A stretch of 64,000 bases of DNA from an uncultured bacterium (lineage in GTDB: Bacteria > Spirochaetota > UBA4802 > UB4802): positions 6,086 to 70,085 of the forward strand of contig CALEUQ010000008.1 in assembly GCA_937920495.1 (NCBI GenBank), read 5' to 3'. How positions within the stretch are numbered: the stretch's first letter is position 1; every line of letters starts with the position of its first letter. Below, piece by piece: positions 10,025 through 19,019 of the stretch. The translations under genes were made by a program, and so were the position numbers. A model generated the notes under the pieces. That model searched no databases. It was not told where the DNA came from and saw only the letters and a program-made list of their open reading frames with translations.

Positions 10025-10681
10025 ATGGCAAAACCCGAAGAAATGTTAGAAGAATGGGATTGGGAAAAAGGCATACCTAAAGGTAACCCGGTTGCAAGGA
10101 GCATTGCCCATACACAGGGTATTGCACATGAGGGAGTGCATCTATGGGTAGTGCGTAGTAAACCGCAAAAAGAGATACTCTTTCAGATGCGAGCAGCTCA
10201 CAAGGATATGTACCCAAATTATTTAGATATTACTGTTGGCGGTCACGTGCCTTTTGGCCTTACCAGCAATAAAATCCAGAAAGAAGCATACGAAGAAATA
10301 GGGATTACTTTTGATGAAACACAACTCATCGATTTAGGTTATTACAGGTATGAGGAAATTAATGATATCCTTTTTCACCGCGAATTCCAGCGCGTCTATC
10401 TGCTTCTTTCAAACAATCCTCTTTCTTCATATTGCTTCAATGATAATGAAGTAAGCAGTATTTACGCAGTACCGCTTGAATATTGCAAAGATATTTTTGT
10501 CAGGGAATATCCTGCAACAGTGGAAGCATTTAACGGCACACATACCTACCAGGCTACTATCTCAAAAAAAGATTTTCATCCTTTGCTTTTTGCACCATCA
10601 ATGACACGCTATATGGAAATATTGTTTCAGGCAATTGATGAGCTATTTTCACAAGGGAAAGTGACCGCCTCTATGTCGTGA
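10025..10681 (+). CDS. NUDIX-family hydrolase
   Basis: 'VGGHVPFGLTSNKIQKEAYEEIGI' approximates the Nudix box GX5EX7REUXEEXGU. An AGGAGA RBS sits 8 nt before ATG 10025. Confidence 0.5.
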   Translation: MAKPEEMLEEWDWEKGIPKGNPVARSIAHTQGIAHEGVHLWVVRSKPQKEILFQMRAAHKDMYPNYLDITVGGHVPFGLTSNKIQKEAYEEIGITFDETQLIDLGYYRYEEINDILFHREFQRVYLLLSNNPLSSYCFNDNEVSSIYAVPLEYCKDIFVREYPATVEAFNGTHTYQATISKKDFHPLLFAPSMTRYMEILFQAIDELFSQGKVTASMS

Positions 10682-10897
10682 GATTAATACTACAACCAGG
10701 GATGTTCATATCATTTAATATATAGAAAGGCGGCTGGTGGAAACCATTGTATATAGTGATCTCCATCCAGAAGCTTCAATCATAATTTTTTTGTTGACTT
10801 CGATAGTAAAATGTTGTAATGCTATTGTAACACCATAATTATTGTATTGTAAATATAACACACAATACATATATCACATTGTAGGAGGTCATACGTC

Positions 10898-11470
10898 ATG
10901 AAGAAATTATCAGTGTTGATGATAGCTATTCTTTTGGGTTTTGTTGCCTGTGGTGGTGGCGTTCAGTATCAGGATGCAACCAAGGCCGAAGGCTCAAGGG
11001 AATGGGGTCCAAAAGAAATTAAAATGACAGTCAACAAGATGGTTGAATCAATGTACAAATTTTTAAAGGAAGAATGGAAAAAGCCTGCCTTTATTGAAGT
11101 GAAACAGATACGGAATAAAACATCAGAGCATATTGACACCAAGATGCTTGCTGATGAAATAACAACAAATCTCATTAAACGTCGGATCAAATTTATTGAC
11201 CAGTCGTTGACTGCTGATGCTATTGCCGAGATGGAAAAAGGTATGACCGGTATGGTTGATCCTGACAGCGCTATCCCTGTTGGCGAATTAAAATCTCCAA
11301 ACCTGTATCTAACAGGTGAAGTACGGGAAAATGTTCGTACAGTGGGAAGTAAGTCAGTGCAATACCTTGTAGTCACATTAAAGCTTATTAACCTTAAAAC
11401 ACAGGTGGTTGAGTGGCAGGATCAGCAGGAATTTTTGAAATCAGCCAGCAAAAAGCAGATAACATTTTAA
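10898..11470 (+). CDS. LpoB-like lipoprotein (penicillin-binding-protein activator family)
   Basis: GGAGG RBS, signal peptide plus lipobox ('LGFVACGG'). Motif order matches E. coli LpoB: 'W..K..K..V.KM', 'V.QIRNKT', 'YLTGEV', 'V.WQ'. Confidence 0.45.
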   Translation: MKKLSVLMIAILLGFVACGGGVQYQDATKAEGSREWGPKEIKMTVNKMVESMYKFLKEEWKKPAFIEVKQIRNKTSEHIDTKMLADEITTNLIKRRIKFIDQSLTADAIAEMEKGMTGMVDPDSAIPVGELKSPNLYLTGEVRENVRTVGSKSVQYLVVTLKLINLKTQVVEWQDQQEFLKSASKKQITF

Positions 11471-11485
11471 TCTCGAGGGACTTAT

Positions 11486-13303
11486 ATGATGCACAAAGTA
11501 AAATCCCTGTTTGTTGTTATTCTTCTCATAGGAGTTGCTGCATGTGCCAGTTATGATTATAACAAGCAGATAGGTGAGGTTGAAAAGATGTTTTATGCGG
11601 GGCAATACAAAGAAGCAGCCCGCAAGTTGCTCCCAATGGTTAATAAAAAATCAAAGGATCAGCTTCTGTACATGATGGAATGTGGATTGATGCTTCAGGT
11701 TGCCGGCGATTATGAAAATAGCACCAGGGTACTGACCGAAGCAGCTAAAATTGGTGACAGGATAACCATAAGCCTTAGTAAAGAAGCTGCATCGCTTCTT
11801 CTTAACGAAACAACCACTAACTATAACGGTGAAGATTTTGAACGCGTGTTAATTCACATGTACCTTGGCATTAACTATCTTTTGCTACAAAAACCTGATG
11901 AAGCACGTGTTGAATTTAAAAAAGTCAATGACATGCTCCGTGATATAAATGTTACAACAGGCAAATCCTATAAACAAAATTTAATGGCAAAGTATCTTAC
12001 TGCAATCGCGTTTGAGCAAAGTGCAGATCTTGATAATGACATGAATGATCGTGAATTTGCCTACATTGAATATAAGCAAATCTACGAACTCAATCCCGGA
12101 TTAACAATGGTCTATCGTGACCTGCAAAGGCTTGCAAAACAACTTGGCGACATGGAAGACTATAATAACTGGATTAAAAAATTTGGCAAACAGGATGCAA
12201 TCCCGGCTAATGCAGGTGAGCTTGTGGTCATAATACAAAACGGAAAAGGAGCTATAAAACAATCTCGCGGGCCACTTCTTTCGGATGCGGCAATGAAAGC
12301 ATCTATTCAGGTAACACTTAATGGTATGTCACTGGCTGAAGGAGTAACTGTTGCAGGTGTATTGCTGGCACTTCATAACGCAGAAAACCCCATCCCAAAA
12401 TTTGTTAAACGCGGTAACAATATTAATCATGTCATTGTAAATGTGAATGGTAATGATCTATCGCGCTCCATTATGCTTGAGGATGTTGCATCCACAGCGG
12501 TAAAAACGCTTGAGGATGATTACGGGCGTATTTACGCCAAGGTGGCTGCAGGCATCGCAGTGAAAGCTGCAGCAGCTGTGGCAGCAGGGTATGCAGCAAA
12601 AAAATTAGCTGAAGAATCAAAAAAGATGGGTGGCTATGCAGGGCTCATTGGTACTGTGGTTGGTACAGGCGTTGGAGTGGGATTATTATCTCAGATTAAG
12701 CCTGATCTTCGTTGCTGGCACACATTACCTGAGAACTTTCAGCTTTCCAGAGTATTCCTGCCACCCGGGAAATACACAATTACCCTTAAATTTGTTGACC
12801 ATAACGGAAATATTGTATCAACACAGGACGAGACTATAGAAATAAAATCAGGGCAAAAAACATTTTTGAACAAACGCATACTTCCAACGAAGGGGGCATC
12901 GCGATTTGGCCTTGATATACAGCAAGGCACAGGCAAAGGATATCTAGGTGCAAAAATAAAATCTATAACCAAAGAGAAAGCCCAGGAACTTGGGCTTTCT
13001 CTTTCTTCTGGTGTGTACGTCAACGACGTTATTCCGGAAAGCCCTGCTGCACAATCAGGTATACAGCCCAATGATGTGATTATATCAGCAGATGGTAAAA
13101 GTGTTCAATCTCCACAGGATTTAATACAGATAGTCAGAAATTCTTCCGCCGGTCAACAGCTACAATTAACAATAATCAGGAAAAAATCCCAGATGACAAT
13201 CCCTGTTGTTCTTGGGAATGCCCCAGAAAAGCCCTATGATGTCACCACTCCTGCTACAACTAATTTCACTACTGAGAACGCTATCACAAATAGTCCTGAA
13301 TAA
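11486..13303 (+). CDS. Lipoprotein with TPR-like N-domain, Gly/Ala-rich hydrophobic segment and C-terminal PDZ domain
   Basis: Lipobox 'GVAACAS'. The PDZ signature is 'GYLGAKIKSITKEKAQELGL..GVYVNDVIPESPAAQSGIQPNDVIISADGKSV'. The gene starts 15 nt after the LpoB-like gene. Confidence 0.5.
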   Translation: MMHKVKSLFVVILLIGVAACASYDYNKQIGEVEKMFYAGQYKEAARKLLPMVNKKSKDQLLYMMECGLMLQVAGDYENSTRVLTEAAKIGDRITISLSKEAASLLLNETTTNYNGEDFERVLIHMYLGINYLLLQKPDEARVEFKKVNDMLRDINVTTGKSYKQNLMAKYLTAIAFEQSADLDNDMNDREFAYIEYKQIYELNPGLTMVYRDLQRLAKQLGDMEDYNNWIKKFGKQDAIPANAGELVVIIQNGKGAIKQSRGPLLSDAAMKASIQVTLNGMSLAEGVTVAGVLLALHNAENPIPKFVKRGNNINHVIVNVNGNDLSRSIMLEDVASTAVKTLEDDYGRIYAKVAAGIAVKAAAAVAAGYAAKKLAEESKKMGGYAGLIGTVVGTGVGVGLLSQIKPDLRCWHTLPENFQLSRVFLPPGKYTITLKFVDHNGNIVSTQDETIEIKSGQKTFLNKRILPTKGASRFGLDIQQGTGKGYLGAKIKSITKEKAQELGLSLSSGVYVNDVIPESPAAQSGIQPNDVIISADGKSVQSPQDLIQIVRNSSAGQQLQLTIIRKKSQMTIPVVLGNAPEKPYDVTTPATTNFTTENAITNSPE

Positions 13304-13363
13304 ACTTATTTTTCATATTTTTATTGCAAAATAATATACCATCTATGAGATGGATATTACGTA

Positions 13364-15232
13364 GTGGTGTATTCTATGCAAAATAACCATAATAGTATGG
13401 TTCCCATAAATGATATGACCATTCACTCTGCCACTGAAATGGTATTAATGTTTCAGTTGCCAGCATGTGTAATAAGTGTTTCTGGTGAAGTGATAGCTTC
13501 AAATGATGCTTTTGCTGATTTAGTGAATATTAAAAATTTGTCTCTTGATGTTACTCACCCGTTTTATCCAGAATACCGTAAACAACTGGCCACATCATAT
13601 TTAAAAGCTTTAAAAGGCATATCCAGGCAATGTTTTGCTGTTTTTCGTAATAAAGATAACCAGCGTGTTTCAGCAGAAATTTATATCTTCCCGGTATTTC
13701 AGGGGACCACAATTGTTGCTCTTTTTGTTATTTTACAGATAGTTGATGAAAGAATACTCTCTTTTGACAAATCTACTGACACCATTATCAATAATGAGAG
13801 AAAGAATTACGAATCATTGCTCTATGAATATTCACCTTTCCCTATTTTGCAGATAGATCAATCCGGTAACATCGTTAAAGCAAGTCCATCGGTACAGGAA
13901 CTCATTGGCTATGAGATAGAAGATTTAAAGAATAATCGAAATCTTTTATATCGCGCTCTTAATCACTATGATTTTAATCGTATGCGCGTAACCCTATCTC
14001 AAATATTTGAGGGAAATATTGGATACAAACGAATTGGCGAAGTACGGTTTATAACAAAAGATAAGGATGAACGATGGGTTAATGTAACATGTTATCCAGT
14101 ACACATTGAGGGTGCCCTACCAGCTGTTGAAATTATTCTGGAAGATATAACCAGGATAAAACGCCTGGAATATCAGCTACAACAACTCAGCAGATTCCAT
14201 ATTATTGGTGACCTGACAAAAGGATTTCTTCATTCCTTTAATAATATCATCAATATAATGTTAAATAAAGCCCAGTGGCTTTTACAGATTACAGAAAAAC
14301 CTTCATTTCAGGAGGGGCTTAAAACTATCATAAAATCAGCAGAAGATGGCATACAGCAGATTCGCCGTATTGAAGAATTTATTGGCAGGGATAAATTAGA
14401 AGAAAAAGGGGATATTAATGTTGTTGAGGCAATAGAAGATGCAATAGAATTTGCAAAAATCCAGTTTAAAGTTGAAGAAGCACAGAAGCAAAGATCTGTT
14501 GCTATTGAGCGCCGTTATTTTTCACTTGTCAACATGCATGGTGATCCTCATATATTCAGAGATTTGCTACTTGCAACAATTTTCAAAGTTGCGTCAGTAA
14601 TAGCTACAAAAGGTGTGGTTGAAGTAACCTTAAAAAGAAACAGCACATTGACTATTGCAATGAAGGCAAAAAAAGAATCAACTGAGTCAAAAGATGAGTT
14701 TCCATTTATTTCCACCATGGATCTTTCAAAATTAGCTGAGCAAAACCATGCAAAATTAATGGAAGAAGAATCCTTACTGGAATATTCAATAACTATAATG
14801 CTCCCCGAAGATAGCGTTTCCCCACTTCCTCATACGGAACAACAAATTCCACAAACAAAATTACGGGATATGGACATTTGTATAGTTGAAGATGAACCAG
14901 CTTTACAGGAAATAATGTATGAAGTATTTGATTCGCTTGGCAACAGAGTCTCTGTTTATAATAACGCTGACCAGGCATTTGAATCATTCAAAATTAATAA
15001 ATTTGATATCGTTATTGCTGATTATGGATTATCCGGTACAACAGGGCTGGAATTATTGACCAAAGTTAAAGAACAAAAAGAAGAAACAATAACCGTTCTG
15101 TTAACAGGATGGATTCTGAACAACATTAAGGCATACAAAAATGTTATTGATATATACATGCATAAGCCATTCAAATTAGATGTTCTTATTAACGAAATCT
15201 CCAATGAGATGACTAAACGACAAAGATTGTGA
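13364..15232 (+). CDS. PAS-domain hybrid sensor kinase / response-regulator protein
   Basis: N-terminal PAS-like regions and an H-box-like 'GDLTKGFLHSFNNIIN'. The C-terminal REC domain is 'DICIVEDEPALQEIM...DIVIADYGLSGTTGLELL...VLLTGW'. ATP-lid G-boxes are not evident. Confidence 0.55.
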   Translation: MVYSMQNNHNSMVPINDMTIHSATEMVLMFQLPACVISVSGEVIASNDAFADLVNIKNLSLDVTHPFYPEYRKQLATSYLKALKGISRQCFAVFRNKDNQRVSAEIYIFPVFQGTTIVALFVILQIVDERILSFDKSTDTIINNERKNYESLLYEYSPFPILQIDQSGNIVKASPSVQELIGYEIEDLKNNRNLLYRALNHYDFNRMRVTLSQIFEGNIGYKRIGEVRFITKDKDERWVNVTCYPVHIEGALPAVEIILEDITRIKRLEYQLQQLSRFHIIGDLTKGFLHSFNNIINIMLNKAQWLLQITEKPSFQEGLKTIIKSAEDGIQQIRRIEEFIGRDKLEEKGDINVVEAIEDAIEFAKIQFKVEEAQKQRSVAIERRYFSLVNMHGDPHIFRDLLLATIFKVASVIATKGVVEVTLKRNSTLTIAMKAKKESTESKDEFPFISTMDLSKLAEQNHAKLMEEESLLEYSITIMLPEDSVSPLPHTEQQIPQTKLRDMDICIVEDEPALQEIMYEVFDSLGNRVSVYNNADQAFESFKINKFDIVIADYGLSGTTGLELLTKVKEQKEETITVLLTGWILNNIKAYKNVIDIYMHKPFKLDVLINEISNEMTKRQRL

Positions 15233-15236
15233 CATT

Positions 15237-16226
15237 TTATAGGATAGTACTCATCTTTTCCAGCATATCTTTTTTACCCAATGCCACAATAATATCGCCA
15301 GCTTCAATAACTTCTGAGGATTGCGGATTAAAAATCATCTTCCCATGTGCTTTTTTTATTGCAACTATTATTACCCCATAATCTTTTCTTAAATTGCTTT
15401 CTATTAAATTTTTCCCAACCATTGAAGAGTTTTGACTAACTTTTAGTTCCTCCATGGCCAAACCTAATTCCGAATCCATCATAGCTGTATCTAAAAAATC
15501 AACTACCGTAGGGCGCGTTAAAACCTCAGCCATACGCTTGCCCCCAATCTGATACGGTAATATAACTCTACTGGCTCCTGCCCTCAGCAGCTTAACTTGC
15601 GCTTTTTCGTCAGAGCCTCTGGACAATATAAAGATATCACTGCGCAACCCACGGGCTGTTAACACAATATATACATTATCAGCATCAGACATTACTGCAG
15701 TGACAAGCCCTCTGGCTTTCATGATCCCGGCCTTCAGTAAGGCTTCTTCACTTGTTGCATCCATGGCAACAAAAAGATACCCCAATTTTTCAAGCTCTTC
15801 AACAGCAACCGGGTTATTCTCAATGACCACAAAAGGGACCTTCCTGTCAAAAAGTTCCTTGCATATAAGCTTTCCAATTCTACCAAAACCACAGATGATA
15901 TAATGCTCCTGTAATGATTGAATCTGCCGTTCCAATTTTTTCCTCCCAAATTCTTTTCGTAATTCACCTTCAATAAGCATACGTAACAACGTTCCTATAG
16001 CATACGCACTGATTGAAACACCACTCAATATTATGAGTATAGTAATCAAGCGTCCGTGAATGGTTAATGGTTTCACTTCCTGAAAGCCAACAGTGCTTAT
16101 GGTTATCATGGTCATGTAGAATGCATCAAAAGGCTTCATATCCTCAAACGTATAATACCCGGCTGTACCAAAGCCAATTGTGCAAAGAAGAAGCAGAAAT
16201 GCCACACGTATTTTTTTCAATTCCAT
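15237..16226 (-). CDS. Two-TM cation channel with RCK (TrkA-N/TrkA-C) domains
   Basis: Pore region 'TMITISTVGFQEVKP', Rossmann 'YIICGFGRIGKLICKEL', TrkA-C-like C-terminus. The likely start is the internal Met ('MELKKIRVAFLLLL') at 16226; the listed ORF extends to 16274. Confidence 0.55.
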   Translation of the reverse strand: MELKKIRVAFLLLLCTIGFGTAGYYTFEDMKPFDAFYMTMITISTVGFQEVKPLTIHGRLITILIILSGVSISAYAIGTLLRMLIEGELRKEFGRKKLERQIQSLQEHYIICGFGRIGKLICKELFDRKVPFVVIENNPVAVEELEKLGYLFVAMDATSEEALLKAGIMKARGLVTAVMSDADNVYIVLTARGLRSDIFILSRGSDEKAQVKLLRAGASRVILPYQIGGKRMAEVLTRPTVVDFLDTAMMDSELGLAMEELKVSQNSSMVGKNLIESNLRKDYGVIIVAIKKAHGKMIFNPQSSEVIEAGDIIVALGKKDMLEKMSTIL

Positions 16227-16585
16227 AAAAAATCCTGATATGATGAGAAAATTTTGTATATTACTACTATTCATTCCTGAATGTCAATTTACAAACAGTA
16301 TATGGAATAAAGCGTGCTTCCCCTAAAACCACGGTATGCTCTTAAGTATTCAAAAAGCAATCCATAGAAATAATTTGTTTTGTTACAAGTAGTATCAACC
16401 GTTATGAATTATTGTAAATAATTTTTTTATAAAATAAAATTATATTTGATTTTTATTTGCTGTTATCATACTTTCCTTAAAAATATTGTAATGTGGCTCA
16501 TTACAATATACTATTTTCACTATATCACACAAAATTTCAAAATGTATTCTTGATTAAAAAACAATAAAATAAGAGAGGTGATGAT

Positions 16586-17542
16586 ATGGCAGCATTTCAA
16601 CACAGCACAGGTACATTTATTGGCAAAGGCGGTATCGAAATATTTTTCCAGCAATGGGAAGTTGCAAACCCTAAGGCAATTCTTGTTATCGTCCATGGCC
16701 TGGGAGAACACTCAGGACGATATGGGAATCTCATCGATGCCTTGCAAAATAAGGGGATTGCAATCTATGGGCTTGACCACAGGGGTTTTGGCCGCAGCGG
16801 AGGCAAGCGGGGGCATGTCGATAGTTTTATGGATTATATTTATGACCTGAAGATCTTTGTCAACATGATCAAGGATAAACACCCTAACAAGCCTATTATT
16901 ATGATAGGCCATTCGATGGGTGGTGTACTGGCACTTAAATATGCACTTACACATGCGGAAGATCTTGATGCCCTGATTCTTTCTTCGCCAGGGCTTGTCC
17001 CGGCAATTAAAGTTCCTGCGTGGAAAAAGAATTTAGCCATATTTCTTTCTTCCAGGATTCCTTCATTAACTATGCCATCAGGCCTTGATGCAACAACTAT
17101 CTCCCGCGATAAGGAAGTAGTGAAACAATACTTAGACGACCCACTTGTCCACGATAAAGTCACCCCACGGTTTTATGTGGAAATGATGAATACTATTGAT
17201 GAGTGTATCAACAGATGTGGCGAGATCAAGCTCCCATTGTTATTATTTCACGGTACTGCTGATGCGCTGGTTTTAGATGAAGCAAGTAAAATTGTATATG
17301 ACAGGGCAAGTTCAAAAGATAAAACGCTTAAACTTTTTGAAGGCTTATATCATGAAACCATGAATGAACTTGAGCCCGATCGCAAGAAGGTATTGAAAGT
17401 TGTGAGCGACTGGATTGTGGCTCATGCAAAAAAAACTGCTACAACAAAACCAAAAGCACCATCAAAACCTGTAAAAAAAGCTACACCAAAACAAGCAGTT
17501 ACAAGCAAAAATAAAACTACAAAAAAAGCTAAAAAGAAGTAA
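16586..17542 (+). CDS. Alpha/beta hydrolase (lysophospholipase / monoacylglycerol lipase family) with Lys/Ala/Pro-rich histone-H1-like C-terminal tail
   Basis: 'VIVHGLGEHSGRYGNL', 'LDHRGFGRSGG', nucleophile elbow 'GHSMGG'. The last 40 aa are 'KKTATTKPKAPSKPVKKATPKQAVTSKNKTTKKAKKK'. Confidence 0.65.
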   Translation: MAAFQHSTGTFIGKGGIEIFFQQWEVANPKAILVIVHGLGEHSGRYGNLIDALQNKGIAIYGLDHRGFGRSGGKRGHVDSFMDYIYDLKIFVNMIKDKHPNKPIIMIGHSMGGVLALKYALTHAEDLDALILSSPGLVPAIKVPAWKKNLAIFLSSRIPSLTMPSGLDATTISRDKEVVKQYLDDPLVHDKVTPRFYVEMMNTIDECINRCGEIKLPLLLFHGTADALVLDEASKIVYDRASSKDKTLKLFEGLYHETMNELEPDRKKVLKVVSDWIVAHAKKTATTKPKAPSKPVKKATPKQAVTSKNKTTKKAKKK

Positions 17543-17610
17543 CCGTATAGCAAACTGTAAGTATTATATCCATAGCTATCGCTTTAGAGATATGTAATGT
17601 TGCAAGTAAA

Positions 17611-17640
17611 AAGCCGGGTGGGAGTGCCCGGCTTTTTAAT
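17611..17640. terminator. Bidirectional Rho-independent terminator between convergent hydrolase and flaB genes
   Basis: 'AAAAAGCCGGGTGGGAGTGCCCGGCTTTTT': GC stem GCCGGG/CCCGGC flanked by an A-run and a T-run. Confidence 0.7.
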
Positions 17641-17666
17641 GTGGTGTTGCGATGCTATCTCAGGTG

Positions 17667-18515
17667 TTATTTCAAGAGTTGTAATACTGTTTGAGACTTT
17701 GTATTTGCCTGTGCCAGCATAGCAGTAGCAGCCTGTGTAAGTATCTGATTCTTTGTGAATTCTGCCATCTGCTCTGCCATATCGGTATCGCGTATGCGGC
17801 TTTCTGAGGCCTGTATATTTTCATAGGCATTCATCAAACCCTTGGCAGCATGCTCTAACCTGTTGTAATATGCACCTAAGTCTGCCCTTTGTTTTGAAAT
17901 CTGCCGTAATGCCTCATCAGCCAGTCCAATAACCGCATTAGCCTTGCCTGGAGTTGATATTGAAATAAACGTCAATGTAACAGGATTTCTCAATCCCAGC
18001 GCAGCAGTGGTCATTGTTTCAATGAATACACGTTCGCGCTGATGCATGTTAGGTCCCATATGGAACCACATTGAAGCTGACGGATGCAGCCGCGCAAACG
18101 CACCGGTAAGAAGCTTCATCTTGTTAAATTCAGCCTGTGATGCAATACGATCGATCTCATCTACAAGCTCTGATATCTCAACCTGAATCTGCTGTCTGTC
18201 TTCAGGTGTATAGATACCGTTAGCTGACTGTACCGCTAAAACCCTGATTCGCTGCAGAATATCATGTACTTCCTGCAAATAGCCTTCTGCAGTCTGAATC
18301 ATTGACATACCATCTTCCGTATTGCGTTCAGCCTGCCGCAGGCCCTGAATCTGTGAACGCATTTTTTCGGACACAGCCAGCCCTGATGCATCATCACCTG
18401 CTTTGTTGATGCGCATCCCTGATGAAAGCTTTTCCATGTCCTTGGTGATTGCCCAATCGTGAAATTTCAGCGTTCGGTGGGCAAAAATTGCGCTGATGTT
18501 GTGGTTTATAATCAT
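17667..18515 (-). CDS. flaB: Flagellin FlaB (spirochaete periplasmic flagellar core filament protein)
   Basis: '[16 protein letters not shown]', '..[45 protein letters not shown]', C-terminal '..[13 protein letters not shown]....TKNQIL.QA..AMLAQAN'. AAGGAGG RBS 5 nt upstream of the ATG. Confidence 0.9.
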   Translation of the reverse strand: MIINHNISAIFAHRTLKFHDWAITKDMEKLSSGMRINKAGDDASGLAVSEKMRSQIQGLRQAERNTEDGMSMIQTAEGYLQEVHDILQRIRVLAVQSANGIYTPEDRQQIQVEISELVDEIDRIASQAEFNKMKLLTGAFARLHPSASMWFHMGPNMHQRERVFIETMTTAALGLRNPVTLTFISISTPGKANAVIGLADEALRQISKQRADLGAYYNRLEHAAKGLMNAYENIQASESRIRDTDMAEQMAEFTKNQILTQAATAMLAQANTKSQTVLQLLK

Positions 18516-19019
18516 GGTGTCCTCCTTGAACGATTTACTATCATCCGTGATAGCATTAAACTACAAAAATAGTTCATTCCAAACTTCGTCTTATTTAGAA
18601 AATCTGCTAAGCGCTATTATATTCTTTTATAAATGATTATAGATATTTATTGTTAAATATGTTTCATTATTATGCTATTTTTATTGATTTTAATCACAAA
18701 CCATCATTCATCATAATTATATAAACAATGAAGTTACCATTTCCAACAACTTTGATGATGGTGTACATTATTCCATATTTTGTTCATACATTAGCGATAT
18801 GGCATTATTGGTGGGTTGTATTTTATTCAAAAAACACTAATAATTTCTTAAAAATATTTTGTTAATATAAAGTGTACACTTTATATATTATGTTCACACA
18901 TTTTATTTAATGAATAAATCGTGTTCTAAAAAATAAAAAAACTTTTTGTTGAATATTATGAATACCTTACACATTATGTTCTATAACATATAAATCTATA
19001 TATATTTAGTTGAGGATGT

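Noticed and set aside
10814-10852. TTGTAA hexamer cluster as an independent regulatory finding
   Set aside because: The hexamer is expected frequently in 37%-GC DNA. I retained only the long inverted repeat at 16483-16509 and mention the cluster there.
18516-18640. Sigma-28 promoter (TAAA-N15-GCCGATAA) upstream of flaB
   Set aside because: Reverse-complement inspection shows a good RBS (AAGGAGG). Only weak similarity exists ('CGGATGATA') to the sigma-28 -10. That is not convincing enough to call.
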